This document shows, piece after piece, positions 46,096 through 55,250 of a stretch of 64,000 nt of DNA (its first letter is position 1; the number at the start of each line of letters is the position of its first letter). The notes under the pieces were generated by a model. It worked only from the letters and a program-made list of their open reading frames with translations, was not told the DNA's origin and made no database searches. The stretch spans positions 47,097 through 111,096 of the forward strand of contig JAEULB010000159.1 in NCBI GenBank assembly GCA_016792585.1, written 5' to 3'. The position numbers and the translations under genes were made by a program. This DNA is from Rhodospirillaceae bacterium (GTDB taxonomy: Bacteria; Pseudomonadota; Alphaproteobacteria; SHVZ01).

Positions 46096-47310
46096 CTACG
46101 AGACCAGCAAATCCCGTAGCGTCAGCGCGATCACCTTGGTCGCCGCAACGACGTCGTCGAGCTTCACGCGCTCGTCGGCGCGATGCGCGTTGGCTTCCAG
46201 GATCGTGCGCGGGCCGGCGCCGTAGAGGATCGTCGGTATCCCCTGCTCGGCGTAGTGACGGGCGTCGGTGTAGAGCGGCACGCCGGTGACGGGGATCGCC
46301 TCGGCCAGGATTTCGGTCGCGCGGCGCGCCAGCGTCTCGGCCATCTTGCGGCTGGCATCGCTCGCGGTCAGCGGGCGCGCGAGAAGGACACACCGGATCT
46401 CGACCGAAGCGCCAGCAACCGAAACCGCCTTGGCGATGACGTCGCGCAGCTCGGCTTCGACCTCAGCCGGATTCTCTTCCGGGATCATCCGCCGGTCGAG
46501 GCGCAGCGTCACCGCGTCCGGCACGACATTGGTGTTGATGCCGCCCTTGATCAGGCCGACCGTCATCTGCGCGGCACCGATGCCGGGCGTCTTCGAAACG
46601 CGCGAAGCAAGCCCCTTGCGCCAGGCATAGAGCGCCTGGAGCACCTGGCTCGCCGCTTCCAGCGCGTCGATGCCGGTCGAGGGCGATGCGGCATGGGCCG
46701 AGCGTCCGCGCAAAGTCACTTCCAGATGCAGGCAGCCGTTATGGGCCGCGACCACCGCGTAGGAGAAGCCGGCGCAGATCACCATGTCGGGCTTCGAGAG
46801 GCCGGCTTTCAAGAGATGGCCGGGACCGATCTCGCCGCCGACCTCCTCGTCGTAGGTGAAGTGCAGCTCGACCGTGCCGCGCGTCGGCTTGACGGTTTCC
46901 AGCGCCATCAGCGCGAAAGCGTATGTGGCGAAGTCCGACTTCGAAACCGCAGCGCCGCGGCCGTACATCCAGCCGTCGACCACCTCGGCGCCGTATGGAT
47001 CGCGGGTCCAGCCCTCGCCAGGCGGCACCACATCGCCATGGGCATTGAGCGCGACGGTCGGGCCTGGCCCGAACTTCCGCCGGACGATCAGGTTGGCGGC
47101 ACTCTTCATACCGTTCGCGGCCACCAGATCAGCCGGGACCGGATGGGACTCGACCTTGAGCCCGAGGCCTTCGAGCAGTGCCGCCGCCTTGGCCGCCGCA
47201 CCGGCGAGGTCGCCCGGCGGATTGTCGGACGGAATGCGCACGAGCTCGGCCAGGAACCGCTCCTGGCGCGTCCGGTTTGCATCGATAAAACCCAGTATTT
47301 CTGACGTCAT
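46096..47310 (-). CDS. M20-family metallopeptidase (ArgE/DapE/carboxypeptidase G2-like)
   Basis: Metal-binding regions ALNAHGDVVPPGEGW and YDEEVGG are present. The start is taken at MTSEILGFIDAN, with a GAAGGGGTGG RBS. Confidence 0.75.
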   Translation of the reverse strand: MTSEILGFIDANRTRQERFLAELVRIPSDNPPGDLAGAAAKAAALLEGLGLKVESHPVPADLVAANGMKSAANLIVRRKFGPGPTVALNAHGDVVPPGEGWTRDPYGAEVVDGWMYGRGAAVSKSDFATYAFALMALETVKPTRGTVELHFTYDEEVGGEIGPGHLLKAGLSKPDMVICAGFSYAVVAAHNGCLHLEVTLRGRSAHAASPSTGIDALEAASQVLQALYAWRKGLASRVSKTPGIGAAQMTVGLIKGGINTNVVPDAVTLRLDRRMIPEENPAEVEAELRDVIAKAVSVAGASVEIRCVLLARPLTASDASRKMAETLARRATEILAEAIPVTGVPLYTDARHYAEQGIPTILYGAGPRTILEANAHRADERVKLDDVVAATKVIALTLRDLLVS

Positions 47311-47472
47311 GACCACCCCTTCATGAGCCCGCCGCCCCAATAGCACATCCGGCGCGAGACCCGTCACGGAGCCGTGTTTCCAGGACGGACGTTCCCGATT
47401 GCCAAGCCTTTGAGAGGCATCATAGGCTTTCCTCATTCCTTATCATTCTTGTCCCTAGGGGAGGTTCGCATC

Positions 47473-49023
47473 GTGCTCAGATTGACCCTGTTGACGACGG
47501 TCAGCGCGCTCGCGCTGGCGGTCGCCATCTCGCCGGCGCTGGCGCAGAAGAAGGGCGGCAACGCCGTCGTCGGCACCTCCTCGGCGCCGCCGCTGACCGA
47601 TGCGCAGGCCTCCACGGCCGAAGCGTCGCGCAACATCTCGCTGCACTGGATCGAGACGCTGTTCGCGCGCGACGAGAACGCTAACGTGATCCCCGACCTC
47701 GCGACCAAGGCCGACATCTCGGCCGACGGCAAGACCTACGTGTTCACGCTGCGCGAGGGCGTGAAGTTCCACAACGGCCAGGAGATGACGTCGGAAGACG
47801 TGATCGCCTCGCTCGAGCGCTACGGCAAGGTCGGCGGCTCCGCCCAGATCATCAAGCCGATCACCAAGATGACCGCGACGTCGAAGTACGTCGTGACCGT
47901 CGAGCTGACCCAGCCGGTCCCGGGCTTCCTCGACCAGCTCTCCAGCCCGCGCGCCCCGGCCGGCATCATGCCGAAGTCGGAAGCCGGCAAGGAGCGCGGC
48001 AAGATCGACCACATCGGCACCGGCCCGTACCAGTTCGTCGAGTACATCCCGGACAGCCACGTCCAGGTGAAGCGCTTCGACGCCTACACGCAGAACAACA
48101 ACTTCCAGAAGCGTGACGGCTTCGGCGGCAAGAAGACCGCCTATTTCGACACCGTCCGCTTCCGTCACATCCCCGAGGGCGGCGCCCGCTCGGCCGCGCT
48201 CGAGGCCGGCGAGATCCATGCCGTCGACGCGCTGCCGCCGCCGTCGGCGAAGCGCCTCAAGGACAACCGGAACATCAAGATCATCGAGGCGATGCCCTGG
48301 GCGTTCCAGACCATCATCGTCAACGCTTCCTTCGGCCCGACCAAGGACCAGAAGGTGCGTCAGGCGATCCAGGCGATCATCGACGCCGAAGAGATCATGG
48401 CGATCGCGGGTGAAGGCCTTTATCGCCTGACCCATGGCTGGCAGCATCCGGGCACGACCTACTTCGCCGGCGACATCGGCAAGTCGGACTACAACGCGAA
48501 GGATCTGGCGAAGGCCAAGCGCCTCCTCGCCGAAGCCGGCTACAAGGGCGAGGAGATCGTCATCCTCACCGACTCGACGATCGCCAACCACCAGCAGACC
48601 GGCGTCGTCGCCGCCGAGCAGCTGAAGAAGGCCGGGCTCAACATCAAGCTCAACACGGTGGACTGGCCGACCGCATTCCAGCTTCGCGCCAAGCCGGAAG
48701 GCTGGAGCCTGTGGACGCTCGGCTTCGGCATCGAGCCCTACGAGGGCCCGTACAACGTGACCTCGTTCTTCGCCACCGACTACGACGGCAAGGGCGCCCA
48801 GTGGCTGGCCGACCCCGAGCTGCAGCGCGCCAACAACGTGCTGAACACCGCCCTCAAGCTCGAGGACCGGCAGAAGGCCTTTGCCGACTTCCAGAAGCGG
48901 TTCTTCGAGTTCGTCCCGGCCATCAAGGTCGGCGACCTCGGCCGCTACCAGGCGGTCCGCGCCAACGTGCAGAACTATGCGCCGGGCCGCATCCCGCGCA
49001 TGTGGGACGTCTGGTTCGAGTAA
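47473..49023 (+). CDS. ABC transporter substrate-binding protein, family 5; orphan
   Basis: A probable GTG start is followed by a signal peptide (LRLTLLTTVSALALAVAISPALAQ). GGGGAGG lies 9 nt upstream. Confidence 0.7.
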   Translation: MLRLTLLTTVSALALAVAISPALAQKKGGNAVVGTSSAPPLTDAQASTAEASRNISLHWIETLFARDENANVIPDLATKADISADGKTYVFTLREGVKFHNGQEMTSEDVIASLERYGKVGGSAQIIKPITKMTATSKYVVTVELTQPVPGFLDQLSSPRAPAGIMPKSEAGKERGKIDHIGTGPYQFVEYIPDSHVQVKRFDAYTQNNNFQKRDGFGGKKTAYFDTVRFRHIPEGGARSAALEAGEIHAVDALPPPSAKRLKDNRNIKIIEAMPWAFQTIIVNASFGPTKDQKVRQAIQAIIDAEEIMAIAGEGLYRLTHGWQHPGTTYFAGDIGKSDYNAKDLAKAKRLLAEAGYKGEEIVILTDSTIANHQQTGVVAAEQLKKAGLNIKLNTVDWPTAFQLRAKPEGWSLWTLGFGIEPYEGPYNVTSFFATDYDGKGAQWLADPELQRANNVLNTALKLEDRQKAFADFQKRFFEFVPAIKVGDLGRYQAVRANVQNYAPGRIPRMWDVWFE

Positions 49024-49046
49024 GCCGAACCGCATAACGCCTAACG

Positions 49047-49080
49047 ACGGGGGGCTTCGGCCCCCCGTTTTCGTTTCTGC
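49047..49080 (+). terminator. Rho-independent terminator: ACGGGGGGC-UUCG-GCCCCCCGU followed by UUUUCGUUUCU
   Basis: A GC stem with a UUCG tetraloop and a T-tract lies 24 nt after the substrate-binding protein stop. Confidence 0.75.
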
Positions 49081-49116
49081 TACGATCCTAAAATCCCGCC
49101 CAAGAAGGAGAAGCCG

Positions 49117-49872
49117 ATGTCTTTCTACCGAGGCATGACCTGCGAGAACGTGACGATCACCGGCGACGGCGGAACCCCGATCACCGCCTATGTGGCGAAG
49201 CCGGCTGGCAGCGGCCCCTTCCCCGGGATCGTGCTGGTCCACCACATGCCCGGCTGGAGCGAGCTCTATATCGAGACGACGCGCCGCTTCGCCCATCACG
49301 GCTACATCGCGATCTGCCATAACCTCTATGAGCGCACCGGCAACGCCGATGCGAATCCCGACGACGTCGCGGCCAAGGTTCGCGCCGAGGGCGGCATCCC
49401 CGATGCCCAGATGGTCGGCGACACGGCGGCCGCAGTGAAGTGGATGCGCTCTCAAGCCAACCTCAACGGCAAGGTCGGGATCTTCGGCTCATGCTCCGGC
49501 GGACGGCACGCCCTGATCTACGCCTCGCAGAGGAAGGATGTGGACGCCTGCGCCGACCTCTGGGGCGGCCGCGTGGTGATGAGCAAGGAGGAGCTCAACC
49601 CGAAGACGCCCGTGGCGCCGATCGACATGACCAAGGACCTCTCCTGTCCGTTGCTCGGCATCTTCGGCAACGAGGACCGGGCGCCGCCGCCCGATCAGGT
49701 GAACCAGCACGAGGCGGAGCTGAAGAAGCACGGCAAGGTTTACGAATTCCACCGCTACGACGGCGCCGGCCACGGCTTCTTCTACTGGCACCGGCCGATC
49801 TACCGGCCCGAGCAGGCGATGGACGGCTGGAGCAAGGTCTTCGCCTTCTTCGGCAAGCACCTCGGGAAATAG
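49117..49872 (+). CDS. Dienelactone hydrolase family protein
   Basis: The fold segments (GIVLVHHMPGW ... GFCSGG-type nucleophile region IFGSCSGG) match the family. The RBS is AAGAAGGAGAAG. Confidence 0.75.
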   Translation: MSFYRGMTCENVTITGDGGTPITAYVAKPAGSGPFPGIVLVHHMPGWSELYIETTRRFAHHGYIAICHNLYERTGNADANPDDVAAKVRAEGGIPDAQMVGDTAAAVKWMRSQANLNGKVGIFGSCSGGRHALIYASQRKDVDACADLWGGRVVMSKEELNPKTPVAPIDMTKDLSCPLLGIFGNEDRAPPPDQVNQHEAELKKHGKVYEFHRYDGAGHGFFYWHRPIYRPEQAMDGWSKVFAFFGKHLGK

Positions 49873-49882
49873 GAAGCGCGAC

Positions 49883-50188
49883 ATGTGCACCTCGATCATT
49901 GAGATCGCGCCGGCCGAAGGCATGGCGAAGCGCGGCGACGAGTGGTTCCCGCTCTCCCGGGCCGTGATCGCCTATGACCACGCCCGGCACGCGCCTCTGG
50001 GCGACGTCATCACGCTCGACTTCACCAATGCGGCCCTCGATCCCGGCGCCAGGGCGGCGGTGGAGCTGACGCTGGCCTCGGCCAGGGAACTTCGCGCCGC
50101 CCTTGACCGCGCCATCGCCGCTGCGGAATACGAGGAAGCCGAAGTGCGCGGCAAGGGTGCCGCCCTCTATCTCCTGCGGAGCGCGTGA
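49883..50188 (+). CDS. Hypothetical protein (101 aa)
   Basis: It is an ORF with good local codon usage. Its stop lies 1 nt before the next start. I did not recognise a family. Confidence 0.4.
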   Translation: MCTSIIEIAPAEGMAKRGDEWFPLSRAVIAYDHARHAPLGDVITLDFTNAALDPGARAAVELTLASARELRAALDRAIAAAEYEEAEVRGKGAALYLLRSA

Positions 50189-50189
50189 C

Positions 50190-50948
50190 ATGAACCTATC
50201 AGCCGCGATCCTGGCCGCCCTGCTCCTCGCCGCCCCGGCCTCGGCCGCCGAGATCAAGGTCTTGAGTGCCGGTGCCTTCAAGCCGGTCGTGGCGGCGCTG
50301 GCGCCCGACTTCGAGAAGCAGACCGGCCACAAGGTCACGATCGACAACGACACCGCGGGCGGCCTCGCCCGCCGCATCACCGGCGGCGAGGCATTCGATC
50401 TCGTGGTGATTCCGCCGGGCGGGATCGAGCCGCTGGTCAAGGCCGGCAAGGTGGTCGACGGCTCGGCGGTGCGGCTGGCGCGCGTCGCGATCGGTGTCGC
50501 GGTCAAGAAGGGCGCACCGGCGCCCGACATCGGCAGCGTCGCCGCGTTCCAGGAGGCGCTGCTGAAGGCGCGCGCGGTCGCCTATATCGATCCCGCCGCC
50601 GGCGGATCGAGCGGCATTTATCTTACGGAGCTGTTCGTGAAGCTCGGCATCGCCGACCGCATCAGGCCGAAGGCAGTGCTGGTTCCCGGCGGACTCGTCG
50701 CCGAACGGCTGGTCAATGACCAGGCCGACATCGCGCTCCACCAGATCAGCGAGATCCTGGCCGTGCCCGGTGCGACGCTGGTCGGCCCGATCCCGCGCGA
50801 GATCCAGAACTACACGGTCTATGCCGGCGCGCTCGGCACCGGCGCCCGCGACATCTCGGCGGCACGTGCGCTTCTCGCCGCGCTCAAGGGTCCGGGAGCC
50901 GAGGCGATATTGAAGGACAAGGGCATGGAACCCGCGCCCGGTGGCTGA
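50190..50948 (+). CDS. ModA-like (molybdate/tungstate-type) periplasmic solute-binding protein; orphan
   Basis: The signal peptide is MNLSAAILAALLLAAPASA. The N-terminus AEIKVLSAGAFKPVV resembles ModA. No modBC genes are adjacent. Confidence 0.55.
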   Translation: MNLSAAILAALLLAAPASAAEIKVLSAGAFKPVVAALAPDFEKQTGHKVTIDNDTAGGLARRITGGEAFDLVVIPPGGIEPLVKAGKVVDGSAVRLARVAIGVAVKKGAPAPDIGSVAAFQEALLKARAVAYIDPAAGGSSGIYLTELFVKLGIADRIRPKAVLVPGGLVAERLVNDQADIALHQISEILAVPGATLVGPIPREIQNYTVYAGALGTGARDISAARALLAALKGPGAEAILKDKGMEPAPGG

Positions 50949-51690
50949 CGCGCTGCCACTGATCGAGGTCTGCGTCGAGGGCGTCGAGGGGCTGCTGGCC
51001 GCCCAGGATGGCGGCACCGATCGTGTCGAACTTTGCGCCAGCCTGATGGAAGGCGGGATTACGCCGAGCCTCGGCACCGTCCGGCAGGCGCAACACCTCG
51101 CCGCAATTCCGTTCTTCACGATCGTCCGTCCGCGCGGCGGCGACTTCCTCTATTCGACGGCCGAGTTCGTCTCCATGCTCGAAGACGTCGAGGCGCTGCG
51201 CGACTTGGGAGTTCCGGGTGTCGTCTTCGGGTGCCTGACCGCCGATGGGCGGATCGACGAGGAACGTATGACGGCCCTGGTCGCGCGCGCCGGTGCGATG
51301 CAGGTCACCTGTCATCGCGCCTTCGACATGACCGCCGATCCGATCGAAGCGCTCGAAGCACTGGTCCGCTGCGGCGTGCACCGCGTGCTCACCAGCGGCC
51401 AGCGCGATACCGCCCTCGAAGGGGCGCCGCTTCTGCGCGAGCTGGTACATCGGGCCGGCGACCGCATCGTCGTCATGGGCTGCGGCCGCCTGAACGCGTC
51501 CACGATCGGCGAGGTGCGGCGGCTGACCGACCTCAAGGAGATGCACTTTTCGGCGCCCGCCCAGCAGCCAAGCGGCATGACCTATCGCAATCCCCATATC
51601 CGCATGGGCGGGCCATCGGACCGCGAGTACACCGCCACGGTCACCGATCCTGATGCCGTGCGGGCCACCATCGCCGCCGCCCGCGCCTGA
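50941..51690 (+). CDS. cutC: Copper homeostasis protein CutC
   Basis: A GTG start reads PLIEVCVEGVEGLLAAQDGGTDRVELCASLMEGGITPS, a typical CutC N-terminus. Confidence 0.8.
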   Translation: MADALPLIEVCVEGVEGLLAAQDGGTDRVELCASLMEGGITPSLGTVRQAQHLAAIPFFTIVRPRGGDFLYSTAEFVSMLEDVEALRDLGVPGVVFGCLTADGRIDEERMTALVARAGAMQVTCHRAFDMTADPIEALEALVRCGVHRVLTSGQRDTALEGAPLLRELVHRAGDRIVVMGCGRLNASTIGEVRRLTDLKEMHFSAPAQQPSGMTYRNPHIRMGGPSDREYTATVTDPDAVRATIAAARA

Positions 51691-51693
51691 GGG

Positions 51694-52149
51694 TCAGCCG
51701 GGTTCCTTCATCACGGTGATGTCGACCACGCGGTTGCGAGGCTCGGACTTCTCGTCGGCCGTCGCGACATCCGGCCGGCGTTCGCCGGTCCAGCCCCAGT
51801 CGATCCGTGCCGTCGGCATCCCGGCGGCAACGAGCTCGGCCAGGACCGCCTCGGTCCGCCGCTTCGACAGCGCCATGTTGACCGGCGGGGAACCGACGCG
51901 GTCGGTCTTCCCGATCACCCGCACGCTCATCTTGTCGTTGTTGGCGGCGACGGCGGCGATCGCGGCGACGACGGCCTGTCCGCGCGCATCGATCTCGGCG
52001 CTGTCGGTGTCGAAGAAGACCTGGTACTCCGTGCGCGCTTCCGCCGGCGCCACGACGGCCTGGGTCGTCGGCGCCGGCCGGGCGCATCCCGCGATGGCGA
52101 CCGAAAGCGTCAGCAAAAGCGCCGCGAGCCGGTTCTTCGGGTAGGGCAT
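51694..52149 (-). CDS. OmpA-family lipoprotein (peptidoglycan-associated C-terminal domain)
   Basis: It starts at MPYPKNRLAALLLTLSVAIAGC (lipobox). The OmpA-like C-terminus is FDTDSAEIDARGQAVV...NMALSKRRTEAV. There is a GGAGA RBS. Confidence 0.7.
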   Translation of the reverse strand: MPYPKNRLAALLLTLSVAIAGCARPAPTTQAVVAPAEARTEYQVFFDTDSAEIDARGQAVVAAIAAVAANNDKMSVRVIGKTDRVGSPPVNMALSKRRTEAVLAELVAAGMPTARIDWGWTGERRPDVATADEKSEPRNRVVDITVMKEPG

Positions 52150-52319
52150 TCCTGTCTCCAACTTCCGGTTGGCTTGTATCGGTACGGCTGGCCCGTCCCG
52201 GACGGGACGAACCAGGGCTGAATTGACCCGAAAGGGGATTGTGCCGGTGAGGTGAGTGCGCAGGCGTAGGCGAGCTATGGGTAACTGAACACCCCATCGG
52301 CCCGGAAGTTCCCGGATGA

Positions 52320-53075
52320 TTACGCCGCGCGCGCCGGCTCCGCCGTCGCCCAGGCGACGCAGGCGAGCGCCAGCGCGTCGGTCGCATCGAAGCACCGCTC
52401 CAGGATCTCTTTCCGCGCCGGGGCCAAGCCGACCGGGACCTCGGTGCAGCCGAGGACGACCCGGGCGGCCCCCGCCGCGAGCAGCCGCTCGACCGCTTCC
52501 TCGAGCAGCGGCGTAGCGCCCTGGGTATCGCCGGTCTTGACCTTGCGGACCGCCGGCCAGAACAGGCGCTCGCTCTCCTCGGGCCCGAGGGCCAGGCATT
52601 CGTAGCCATGCGCTTCGAGGCGGTCCTGATAGACCCGCGTCCGGACCGTCGCCTCGGTTCCGATCAACCCGACCCGGCCCTTCGGCACACCGAGCGCCAC
52701 GAGCCGCTCGGCGGCGGTCTCGCCGATGTGCAGCAGCCGGGCGCCACAGCCTCGCCGGAGGCCCTCATACCAGTAGTGCGCCGTGTTGCAGGCGATCGCG
52801 ATGCATCCGGCGCCCATCTGCTCCAGCCGCCGGACGCCCTCCTGCATCATCGGCAGCGGCGACTCGCCGGTACCGAAGATCGCCGCGGACCGGTCCGGGA
52901 TCTGCGGCACCGACCAGGCGACCATCGGGATGTGGTCCTGGTCCTTCGTCGCCGGGGTCGCCTCGATCACTTTGCGCATGAAGTCGGTGGTCGCCAGCGG
53001 CCCCATGCCGCCCAGCACGCCGATCATACGCCGGCCCACCCGAGAGGCGCGGCCACCGGAATCATCCGTCGTCAT
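52320..53075 (-). CDS. Asp/Glu/hydantoin racemase family protein
   Basis: Two-Cys racemase motifs are present: IGVLGGMGPLAT, ACNTAH and GCTE. The start at 53075 (MTTDDSGG) overlaps the DUF2237 stop as ATGA. An alternative Met lies at 53027. Confidence 0.75.
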   Translation of the reverse strand: MTTDDSGGRASRVGRRMIGVLGGMGPLATTDFMRKVIEATPATKDQDHIPMVAWSVPQIPDRSAAIFGTGESPLPMMQEGVRRLEQMGAGCIAIACNTAHYWYEGLRRGCGARLLHIGETAAERLVALGVPKGRVGLIGTEATVRTRVYQDRLEAHGYECLALGPEESERLFWPAVRKVKTGDTQGATPLLEEAVERLLAAGAARVVLGCTEVPVGLAPARKEILERCFDATDALALACVAWATAEPARAA

Positions 53076-53479
53076 GGGTCGACCGCGTACTTCTTGAGGT
53101 CTTCGAGCGAGCAATAGGCGAGCGCCCCTTCATGCGTCGCGCGCAGGACGACCTTCGGCGCGCGGCCGGCCTCCAGCGCCTCCTGCCAGCGCGGGGCGCA
53201 GAGGCACCATCGGTCGCCAGGCTTGAGTCCGGCGAAGCCGTATTGCGGATAGGGCGTCGAAAGGTCGTTGCCCACGCTTCTCGAATATTCCAGGAACTCG
53301 GCCGTGGTCACGCAGCAGACCGTGTGGCTGCCGATATCCTCGGGCGAGGTGTCGCAGCAGCCGTTGCGGAAGAAGCCGGTCACGGGATCGAGCGAGCAAT
53401 CTTCGAGCTTGCCACCGAGCACGTTCCTGGAAGGGCGGCGTCCGCCGCCCCCTCCCCATCTTTGATCGTCTAGTGGCAT
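53072..53479 (-). CDS. DUF2237 family protein (Cys-rich, uncharacterized)
   Basis: 135 aa. The conserved segments are CSLDPVTGFFRNGCC, DIGSHTVC and GDRWCLCAPRWQEA. Confidence 0.6.
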   Translation of the reverse strand: MPLDDQRWGGGGGRRPSRNVLGGKLEDCSLDPVTGFFRNGCCDTSPEDIGSHTVCCVTTAEFLEYSRSVGNDLSTPYPQYGFAGLKPGDRWCLCAPRWQEALEAGRAPKVVLRATHEGALAYCSLEDLKKYAVDP

Positions 53480-53523
53480 TGTCCGGCTGCCGTCGATGGA
53501 CCCTGCCGGATACTACCGCAGCC

Positions 53524-55248
53524 TCACGCCGCCCGCGCCTTCTTCGTCGCCTCGGCATCGACCACCGGCGGCTCGCCGGTGATGACGACGCCATAGGCCA
53601 GGCGCGCGTGCTCGCGGTCGACCTTGCCGAGCTTCACATCCTCCAGCACGCACTCGGGATCGCGCTCGAACGGGTTGCCCCAGCCGCCAGCGCCTGGAAG
53701 CACGTGGCGGAAGAGATCGCCGTTGCGAAGCGTCACCGGGTTGGTGATCAGCACCGGGAGGCTGCGTGCCTCGCCGTCGGGGTTGACGATCGACAGGCAC
53801 GGTGCCCCCGCCCTGCCGCCGGAAAGGCCGAAGGGCGGGAAGCGGCGCTTGTCCGAGCGAAGGGTCATCGTGCCGGCGTCGCCGAGGAAGCGATAGTCGC
53901 GGATCATCGACAGCCCGCCACGATACTTGCCGGGCCCGCCGGTGTTCGGCACCAGGCCGTACTGCTCGATGCGGATCGGATACTCGGCCTCGATCATCTC
54001 GACCGGTACGTTCGACTGGTTGGCACCCATGTGGGTCACGCCTTCCTGGCCGTCGCCGGAGGCCGATCCGCCCCAGTTGCCCATGAAGGTCTCGACGAAG
54101 ACGAAGGGCTTGCCCTGGTACTCCCCGCCGATCGCCGGGATCGAGGAGCCGCCATTGCCGTCCGCCGGCACCCGGTGCGGTACCGCCTGGGCCAGCGCGC
54201 CGAACACCGTGTCCATGGTGCGGAAGCCGGTGATGCCACGGGCGCCGCAGGCGCCGGGCGGGCGCGGGTTGACGATGGAGCCCAACGGCGCCTTCACATG
54301 GATCGGCCGGGTGAAGCCCTGGGCGTTCGGGATCTCCTCGCCCATGATCGAGCGGATCGCCGCATAGCAGGCGGCCTTGGTGAAGGGCACCGGCGCGTTG
54401 ATGCCCGCCGGCACCTGCGGCGACGTCCCGTCCAGGTCGACGGTGATCTCGTCGCCGGCGACCGTGACGGCGGCGCAAAAGCGGATCGGCTCCGGGTTCT
54501 CGCCGAAGCCGTCGATCCAGGACTCGAACCTGTAGGTGCCGTCCGGGATCTCGGCGATCACCGAGCGGGCCAGGCGCTCGGCATGGTCATGGATCTCGGC
54601 GAAGGTCGCGCGCAGCGTCGCCTTGCCGTACTTGGCGAACAGCGACTGGATCTCGCGCACGCCGATCGCGGTCGCGGCAATCTGGGCATTCAGGTCGCCC
54701 AGCACCTTCTCCGGCACGCGCACGTTCGCCGAGAGGATGTCGAGGACGGCCTGGTTGTCCACGCCGTTCGAGCTGAGCTTGATGAACGGCAGGCGCAACC
54801 CTTCCTGGTAGATGTCGGTCGAGCCGATCGAGTTGCTGCCCGGAACGATGCCGCCGATGTCGTTGTGGTGCGCGACCGTGGTCGCCCAGGCCTCCAGCGT
54901 GCCTTCCACGAACACCGGCCGGATGATGTAGATGTCCGGCAGGTGCTGGCCGGCCGAGAGATAGGGGTCGTTGAAGATGAAGACATCCTTCTCGGCGACG
55001 TCGCCTTCGTAGCGCCGGATCAGCGCCTGCATCGCGTCGTGGAAGCTGCCGAGGTGCAGCGGCGTGGTGAGCCCCTGAGCCAGCGTGCCACCTTTGGCAT
55101 CGCAGACCGCCGTCGAGTAATCCATCGAGTCGCGCACGATGCCGGAGCAGGCGGTCCGCAGCACGATCAGCGCGATCTCGTCGGCGACCGCATCGAGCGC
55201 GTTGCGGACGATCTCGGTCAGCACCGGGTCGATATTGTGCTTGGCCAT
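53524..55248 (-). CDS. hyuB: Hydantoinase B / oxoprolinase family protein (HyuB/OplB-like)
   Basis: 574 aa. The N-terminus is MAKHNIDPVLTEIVRNALDAVADEIA. The start overlaps the hyuA stop. Confidence 0.8.
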   Translation of the reverse strand: MAKHNIDPVLTEIVRNALDAVADEIALIVLRTACSGIVRDSMDYSTAVCDAKGGTLAQGLTTPLHLGSFHDAMQALIRRYEGDVAEKDVFIFNDPYLSAGQHLPDIYIIRPVFVEGTLEAWATTVAHHNDIGGIVPGSNSIGSTDIYQEGLRLPFIKLSSNGVDNQAVLDILSANVRVPEKVLGDLNAQIAATAIGVREIQSLFAKYGKATLRATFAEIHDHAERLARSVIAEIPDGTYRFESWIDGFGENPEPIRFCAAVTVAGDEITVDLDGTSPQVPAGINAPVPFTKAACYAAIRSIMGEEIPNAQGFTRPIHVKAPLGSIVNPRPPGACGARGITGFRTMDTVFGALAQAVPHRVPADGNGGSSIPAIGGEYQGKPFVFVETFMGNWGGSASGDGQEGVTHMGANQSNVPVEMIEAEYPIRIEQYGLVPNTGGPGKYRGGLSMIRDYRFLGDAGTMTLRSDKRRFPPFGLSGGRAGAPCLSIVNPDGEARSLPVLITNPVTLRNGDLFRHVLPGAGGWGNPFERDPECVLEDVKLGKVDREHARLAYGVVITGEPPVVDAEATKKARAA

Positions 55249-55250
55249 GG

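Noticed and set aside
52150-52319. Near-palindrome CCCGTCCCGGACGGG and surrounding CTGG...CCAG stem between the racemase stop and the OmpA-like start, considered as a terminator.
   Set aside because: The central mismatch leaves a 1-nt loop, and no U-tract follows in the minus-strand direction. It may be a protein-binding site, but the evidence is too thin to list as a feature.
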